Shown piece by piece: positions 58,829-64,000 of a DNA stretch of 64,000 nt. How positions within the stretch are numbered: the first letter of the stretch is position 1; each line of letters opens with the position of its first letter. The DNA is from a virus. The notes under the pieces are model-generated. The model had not been told where the DNA came from and made no database searches. It saw nothing but the letters and a program-made list of their open reading frames with translations. Where the stretch lies: positions 6,712-70,711 of IMG/VR virus record IMGVR_UViG_3300021371_000013, one strand, 5' to 3'. The position numbers and the translations under genes are program-made.

Positions 58829-60126
58829 AATCAGATCTCAAAACGCTTGACGAATTAAGTCGCAGAGAATTTGTTGCTAGTGCAGCAAAGGCATGTCTTG
58901 GCGTTGGTTTGTTGCCAATTATAGGAAACTATGTAAACACACCTATACAAGCTTTAGAGCCAGGCGTTCGACCTGCAAAAGCTCGACGCATTATATATCT
59001 ATATATGGCCGCAGGAATGTCTCACATGGACACCTTTGCGCCTAATATGGATGCCGCAGAAGATTATACTGGGCCAGTAAAACCTATCCCAACATCTGCA
59101 GATGGAGTGTTTGTTTCTGAGTTTTTGCCTGAGACAGCAAAACACATGCATAACGCTTCTATCATTCGAACAATGATGACAAGTCAAGGTGCGCACATGC
59201 AAGCAAATTATTTGATGCACACAAGCTATCAGATGAGAGGAACAATTTCGCATCCTACATTTGGAAGTTGGATAGCGAAAATGTCTGGAGCAATCAATTC
59301 AACCATACCAACAAATATTTCAATCAATGGAAGATCTGGAAGTTCAGGTTTTCTTGAATCTAAATTTGGCCCACTACCTATAGGCAATCCCAATGCGGGG
59401 TTAGCAAACAGTAAAGTTGCAGACTATTTAGATGAAACTAGATTTGGTGGTCGTCTTGCAATGGCGCAAAAAATGAACTCTAGTTTTTTAGATAAATACG
59501 ATCAGAAACAAGTTCGTGCATATACGGACTTGTATGAAGATGCTATAAAACTTATGCGCAGTGAAGATCTCAAGGCTTTTGATATAGCTTCTGAATCAGA
59601 TGCTATGAAAGATATGTATGGTAGATCTGCTTTTGGCCAAGGATGTTTGCTCGCTCGAAGATTGGTTGAGAATAATGTTCGCTATGTGGAAGTGACAAGA
59701 GGAGGTTGGGACACACACTCTAATAATTTTGAAGCTGTTGAAAACAATTGTGCAGACATGGATAAAGCATTAAGTGCATTACTTTTTGATTTGGAGGTTC
59801 GTGGTTTACTCAGTGATACAATGGTGGTTTTAGTTTCTGAATTTGGGCGCACTCCTAGAATCAATGGCGGTAATGGTCGGGATCATTGGCCTTATGGATT
59901 TTCTGCGTTTCTTGCAGGCGGAGGAATCAAAGGCGGAACTTCTTACGGAAAAATGGATGATGTCGGTCGCAATCCTGCAGAAGGTAGATTTGTTGATCCT
60001 GCAGGTCTTAATGCAACAATTGGATACGCTATGGGCCTTCCACTCAATGATGTTCAATATTCTCCATCTGGTAGACCATTTAAAATTGCGCACGACGGCG
60101 AACCATTGATGGATGTATTGAAATGA
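58825..60126 (+). CDS. DUF1501 family protein with Tat signal
   Basis: SRREF, GMSHMDTF, FGQGCLLARRLVE, GWDTH, SEFGRTP, GRDHWP. Confidence 0.9.
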   Translation: MKSDLKTLDELSRREFVASAAKACLGVGLLPIIGNYVNTPIQALEPGVRPAKARRIIYLYMAAGMSHMDTFAPNMDAAEDYTGPVKPIPTSADGVFVSEFLPETAKHMHNASIIRTMMTSQGAHMQANYLMHTSYQMRGTISHPTFGSWIAKMSGAINSTIPTNISINGRSGSSGFLESKFGPLPIGNPNAGLANSKVADYLDETRFGGRLAMAQKMNSSFLDKYDQKQVRAYTDLYEDAIKLMRSEDLKAFDIASESDAMKDMYGRSAFGQGCLLARRLVENNVRYVEVTRGGWDTHSNNFEAVENNCADMDKALSALLFDLEVRGLLSDTMVVLVSEFGRTPRINGGNGRDHWPYGFSAFLAGGGIKGGTSYGKMDDVGRNPAEGRFVDPAGLNATIGYAMGLPLNDVQYSPSGRPFKIAHDGEPLMDVLK

Positions 60127-60749
60127 TCAGCCGAAAGTACAACTTTGTATTTCAACATATACCAAAATGCGCAGGAAGTAGTATAATAAATTTTTTCATT
60201 GAATTGCATAAACAATCCAATTGTTTGGGAGACTTGCAATACGAAATGCATCAAACATTTAAGCAATCTAAAGATAAGTACAGAATGTATTATGACAAAT
60301 TTTTTAAATTTACATTTGTAAGAAACCCATGGAGCAGAGCAGTATCTTTGTTTGAGTATAGAAAAAAGCTTGCAGAGCAAGGTGTCACCTACCCCCATTG
60401 GCCCTCTATTAAAGATATATTAAAAGATGATTTTTATGACACAGTTCAAAAAGACTTTTCTAACACAAATTCTTCCGTTCAATTTCTTGAGGAGGGCTGT
60501 TCTTCAGATTACTGGCTGTCGCCAAAAATTAAAAAAAATATTAATTTTATCGGTAGATTTGAGTCTTTCGAAAAAGACTTTGAATTTATTTTGAATGAAT
60601 TATCAATTCCCCACCACCTAGAACTGCCTCACGAAAACAAATCCTCGAAAAAACATTACTCGGAATATTATAACGACGAAACCAGAAACCTGGTGGCAAT
60701 AAAATACAAGAGGGATATTGAATTATTTGGATACAAATTTGAAGATTAG
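60123..60749 (+). CDS. sulfotransferase family 2 protein
   Basis: HIPKCAGSS, FVRNPWSRAVS, FIGRFE, YKRDIELFGY. Confidence 0.88.
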   Translation: MISRKYNFVFQHIPKCAGSSIINFFIELHKQSNCLGDLQYEMHQTFKQSKDKYRMYYDKFFKFTFVRNPWSRAVSLFEYRKKLAEQGVTYPHWPSIKDILKDDFYDTVQKDFSNTNSSVQFLEEGCSSDYWLSPKIKKNINFIGRFESFEKDFEFILNELSIPHHLELPHENKSSKKHYSEYYNDETRNLVAIKYKRDIELFGYKFED

Positions 60750-60751
60750 TA

Positions 60752-60780
60752 TTGACATCTCATTCAAATTATGAGATAAT
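60752..60780 (+). promoter_or_regulatory. sigma70-type promoter, leaderless spacing
   Basis: TTGACA-17-GATAAT with TG extension, 6 nt to ATG. Confidence 0.8.
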
Positions 60781-60786
60781 GCTTGC

Positions 60787-61035
60787 ATGTTCAATATTAA
60801 AACAAAGTTAAAAAAAGCAGTTATGAAAAAATCAAATCAAAAATACTTCGTGGTTTACCGCAATGCAGACAGTCAGGTAAAAACTTATGAAATTGGCCGC
60901 CCGGTTCTAAGTGAATCTTTTGGAAACCGCGACGAAGAGCGTAACAATGTTGGATTCAAAGCTTATTGCTTTGGACGTAAAGAAGTTCGTTCATTTCGTC
61001 ACGATCGCATCGTGTCCTTGACTCGCGCTTCGTGA
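60787..61035 (+). CDS. WYL-like domain protein
   Basis: AYCFGRKEVRSFRHDRI. Confidence 0.65.
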   Translation: MFNIKTKLKKAVMKKSNQKYFVVYRNADSQVKTYEIGRPVLSESFGNRDEERNNVGFKAYCFGRKEVRSFRHDRIVSLTRAS

Positions 61036-61235
61036 ATCAAGCGGTCGTAGATTACGGTCTAAACAAGTTCTTACCCTTTGGAATTGTAGGATTTTTATTA
61101 TTCTACAGTTTCGGGTATGAAACTTGGGAGCCATTCGTTATAATGGCTCTTACTATTTTTATAGATCGCTTTAGTTTTAAAACAGGTTATGCAGTTTGTT
61201 TCTGCGAACAAAATGGAATAGAAATAGATGAATGA
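61032..61235 (+). CDS. small membrane protein
   Basis: GTGA-coupled; two hydrophobic segments. Confidence 0.6.
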   Translation: MNQAVVDYGLNKFLPFGIVGFLLFYSFGYETWEPFVIMALTIFIDRFSFKTGYAVCFCEQNGIEIDE

Positions 61236-61398
61236 AGAAGAGCTTCTCAAGTTAAGAAGAGAGACATACAAACGTTTATCAGAGTCTAGAGAGCCTTCTG
61301 ATAAAGACTATCATTCGAAAATTATTCACATTATTGATTCATTGAAACGTATGGCTAGAGATATCAAAGAAATTTCACAAATTGGAAATTCAGTATAA
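61228..61398 (+). CDS. 56-aa hypothetical protein
   Basis: MNEEELLKLRRETYKR...; fills the gap and overlaps neighbours (not in the ORF track). Confidence 0.55.
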   Translation: MNEEELLKLRRETYKRLSESREPSDKDYHSKIIHIIDSLKRMARDIKEISQIGNSV

Positions 61399-61565
61399 TG
61401 AAAGAAAAAGAAAGAACAAAATTACACACTTATGTGTTGATCAATTACAGCAAGCCTCCGCCAGTTTTTCCTGAATTGGAAATACAAATGACGGAGCGCG
61501 AAGCTCATGCACGCAACCAAGGATTCTCATTCAATCGAGTCACAAAACGTTACATCAAAAAGTGA
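61398..61565 (+). CDS. 55-aa hypothetical protein
   Basis: TAATG-coupled MKEKERTKLHTYVL... (not in the ORF track). Confidence 0.55.
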   Translation: MKEKERTKLHTYVLINYSKPPPVFPELEIQMTEREAHARNQGFSFNRVTKRYIKK

Positions 61566-62167
61566 ACAAGTTATATCGCCGCACAATCAATTGGCTGATG
61601 AGCACGAGATTATACAAGTATCTACTCAAGCACATCATTCCATACATTCGATTCACAACATATTATACTAGTCTTCGAGGAAAAAAGTATCATGTATTAT
61701 ATAATCAGCTAGAAGCAGGAGATGTGTTATTAACTATTGATCGTAAAAAATTGACAACCGTATTGATTCCTGGCGATTTCTCACATGCAGCAATGTGCAT
61801 CAGTAAAGATGGAGTTTGGGAAACAAGCGAAATGACTCATGATGATTATACAAAAAGTACATTTTTTGATGTATGCAAAGAGAGTGATCGAGTGGTTATC
61901 ATGCGCCCCGATTTATCGCAACAAGAAATCCATGCAGCAATCGAGAAATGCAAATCTTTTGAGGGTGCAGTATACGACTCTAGCTTTGATCTTGGAATCA
62001 AAACATTGTATTGTAGCGAATTAATTTATCAATCTTATGAGAACAATTCCTTACAAGCAAACTTGGAAGACTTTGCTGGACTTGGACGACCATACATTAG
62101 TCCAACCGGATTGTATCACGCAAAAAATTTAAGAGTGATTGTGGACAGCGACAAATTATTTAGCTAA
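61562..62167 (+). CDS. permuted papain-like amidase (YiiX/YebB, NlpC/P60 superfamily)
   Basis: LEAGDVLL, FSHAAM, YD..F...LYCSELIY. Confidence 0.85.
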   Translation: MNKLYRRTINWLMSTRLYKYLLKHIIPYIRFTTYYTSLRGKKYHVLYNQLEAGDVLLTIDRKKLTTVLIPGDFSHAAMCISKDGVWETSEMTHDDYTKSTFFDVCKESDRVVIMRPDLSQQEIHAAIEKCKSFEGAVYDSSFDLGIKTLYCSELIYQSYENNSLQANLEDFAGLGRPYISPTGLYHAKNLRVIVDSDKLFS

Positions 62168-63091
62168 CCAAGTTAAAAAACCCATTCCCAAAAATCCAAG
62201 TATAGCCATCAACAAGCTTTTCTTTTTCTTTTGTTTGTCTTTTTCTTCTTGTTTGCGGCGCTCTTCAGCTTCTTTTTTGCGGCGTTCTTCTTCGGCTTGA
62301 TTTGTTTCACTTTTTGTTTCAATGTAAACTGGGCCATAGTTATTTATTAATACTTGTTCATACAATGAACTTTCAAGATAAAAGAATCCGCGATCACCAA
62401 AGCGTGTACCCCAACTATTTTGAAACTCCCAATACAAATCGCCGTCAATAATTTTCCAACCTGTCATGGCAACGGCATGTCCTCCCGCATTATCTGAGGA
62501 AAGATATTTTTCGCTATCAACTATTCCTGATTTTGGAGTATAATAAAAATGTCGGTGCACGCGAAATGATGTCCACAATGTTTCTTTGAGTAGAGCTTTC
62601 TTGATCAAATCGTGGTTTTGTTTTGGAATGGTATAGTAAGCATCTATTTTATATTGCGCGGCGTTTTCGGCGGCTCCTTCGAGCATCTGAGTGCCTTCAT
62701 TATCAGCATATGGCCAAAACTTTTCCTCGCAGCAACCTTCTTTGATTAATCCGCGACATGCACCTTTGATTGTTGTGCCTGAATAATCTTCTCCAGGAAA
62801 TGGATCATGAATTTTACCTTTTTTATAGATCCACATGGCACTTGGTTCCTTACCATCAAAATCGAGCGTGTCTCCGTATACCACTCGTCCGCTGTGACCA
62901 ACACACGAACCAATGCGCCCTTGATTTTTAACTTGTGGTGTGAAATCGCGGCGACTAAATTCAATCGCATTCACTCCATCATTGTTTGCAACCATTTCTT
63001 GTTTCAATTCCCAATCATTTTCATCAATCGGTGTTTCTGGAACATTCAAGACCTTGTTCTTGTACATAAAAGCTTGTATTTTATTGATCAT
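62156..63091 (-). CDS. C1 (papain-family) cysteine peptidase with C-terminal membrane anchor
   Basis: VKNQGRIGSCVG, GGHAV, QNSWGTRFGDRG; charged coil followed by a hydrophobic tail. Confidence 0.88.
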   Translation of the reverse strand: MINKIQAFMYKNKVLNVPETPIDENDWELKQEMVANNDGVNAIEFSRRDFTPQVKNQGRIGSCVGHSGRVVYGDTLDFDGKEPSAMWIYKKGKIHDPFPGEDYSGTTIKGACRGLIKEGCCEEKFWPYADNEGTQMLEGAAENAAQYKIDAYYTIPKQNHDLIKKALLKETLWTSFRVHRHFYYTPKSGIVDSEKYLSSDNAGGHAVAMTGWKIIDGDLYWEFQNSWGTRFGDRGFFYLESSLYEQVLINNYGPVYIETKSETNQAEEERRKKEAEERRKQEEKDKQKKKKSLLMAILGFLGMGFLTWLAK

Positions 63092-63127
63092 ATATAGATA
63101 TACACATTTTTGCGTGTAAACATTATT
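63092..63127. promoter_or_regulatory. divergent pair of GTGTA-N9-start promoters
   Basis: TACAC 63101-63105 is N9 from ATG 63091; GTGTA 63114-63118 is N9 from GTG 63128. Confidence 0.75.
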
Positions 63128-63385
63128 GTGCGATTGCTTTGTGTGTTATTGATGCTGAGTGGATGTGTTTCAACCAAACCGTCTGTCAAACCGAGCGACA
63201 CGAAATTTAAAGAAAATCAGCGTGATTGGGAATATTTGTATGCGAAAGAATTGGATGCGGCGCTTGAAAATGAAGATGTTGCTGCATACTATTTCTTTTG
63301 GCCTCTTTATATGCAAGCACGATACGAAAACAAATGCAAAAATTACAATCCATTTCACGGCGTAGAGTGTAATTGTACTCAATGA
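63128..63385 (+). CDS. lipoprotein
   Basis: Signal peptide with lipobox LSGC; start reassigned to GTG 63128. Confidence 0.7.
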   Translation: MRLLCVLLMLSGCVSTKPSVKPSDTKFKENQRDWEYLYAKELDAALENEDVAAYYFFWPLYMQARYENKCKNYNPFHGVECNCTQ

Positions 63386-64000
63386 AATTTTCCAATCAAT
63401 TAGCTGTTGTATTGCTTAATACTCAGCGAGAATATCTCGCTGGACACACCCACAAATGTCTCGATGCATTTTTCAAAACTCGCTCATCGCTCGATAAAAA
63501 AATCGATCTATTGATATACTTCAACAAAGGGAACGTATCACAATACAATGATCTCCTAGAATATAAAAACTGCGAAAACGTAAATGATGTAAAAATACAT
63601 TCACACGAATTGTCTGATATTGATGATCTTTATGCTCGCACACCAAAAGAGTTTGAGCAAATGAATCTGCCCAAAATTCCTGCGCTTGGAGGTAGCGCCG
63701 GTCCAAACAATCTATTCTTCGAAAGTATGATTCCGATTGCTGAATCAGAATATGAATATTTATTGATGCTAGAAACAGACAGTCAACCAATTCAACAATT
63801 CTGGATAGACAAACTAGTTGATTACTGCAATGCAAATGATTTTTTAATTGCTGGTAGCATATACAAAGGTTGCACAGAAGTTCCAGAATATGAACCATGG
63901 ACTGGTCATTTAAATGGAATAGCTATCTACAGAACATGCAACTTGCTAACTTTCTTTTTCGATCAAACACGAGAACTTATTAAAAGAAGAGTGTTGACTC
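63382..64000 (+). CDS. glycosyltransferase-like protein (partial, runs off the window)
   Basis: ATGA-coupled open frame with AGPNNLFF, LMLETDSQP, HLNGIAIY. Confidence 0.55.
   Translation, partial: MKFSNQLAVVLLNTQREYLAGHTHKCLDAFFKTRSSLDKKIDLLIYFNKGNVSQYNDLLEYKNCENVNDVKIHSHELSDIDDLYARTPKEFEQMNLPKIPALGGSAGPNNLFFESMIPIAESEYEYLLMLETDSQPIQQFWIDKLVDYCNANDFLIAGSIYKGCTEVPEYEPWTGHLNGIAIYRTCNLLTFFFDQTRELIKRRVLT

Noticed and set aside
1-64000. Stop-codon reassignment suggested by two in-frame TAA junctions
   Set aside because: TAA, TAG and TGA all end well-defined genes and coding density is already high in code 11
1-64000. CRISPR array, tRNA genes, integrase or IS elements
   Set aside because: No regularly spaced repeats, no cloverleaf other than the tmRNA, and no recombinase or transposase motifs seen by eye

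Overview
The window is a gene-dense, AT-rich piece of a large tailed dsDNA phage genome read in standard code 11; I saw no integrase, CRISPR array or tail sheath gene. The host is probably in the PVC superphylum, most likely Opitutae/Verrucomicrobiota, inferred from a Tat-signal DUF1501 gene and Trp-rich domains. Contents in order: (1) 1-11 kb: SSB, sigma factor, dNMP kinase, a wHTH protein beside an AT-rich candidate origin, and glycan-modification genes. (2) 11-50 kb: a long non-contractile tail module with lambda-like gpM/gpL/gpK/gpI-J tip proteins, a 2194-aa tape measure protein (TMP), chaperones, neck proteins, four tail-tube-fold paralogs and fibres, on both strands. (3) 50-64 kb: accessory and DNA-metabolism genes, including a tmRNA with an adjacent HNH nuclease, RuvB, dCMP deaminase, dUTPase, DUF1501, a sulfotransferase and peptidases. 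Most notable observations: two promoter classes (sigma70-type and a GTGTA-N9-start motif) that both appear to give leaderless mRNAs; a PD-(D/E)xK-like cassette inside the TMP bounded by repeated G(H/Y/F)(I/V)PN(F/Y) motifs; a tmRNA with an aberrant 8-nt T-loop next to a putative homing endonuclease; a central fibre split in-frame inside an FN3 domain, with a leishmanolysin-like tip protein; and a GNAT / citrate-synthase-like / ABBA-like three-gene cassette. All protein family calls come from motif recognition by eye, not from database searches.
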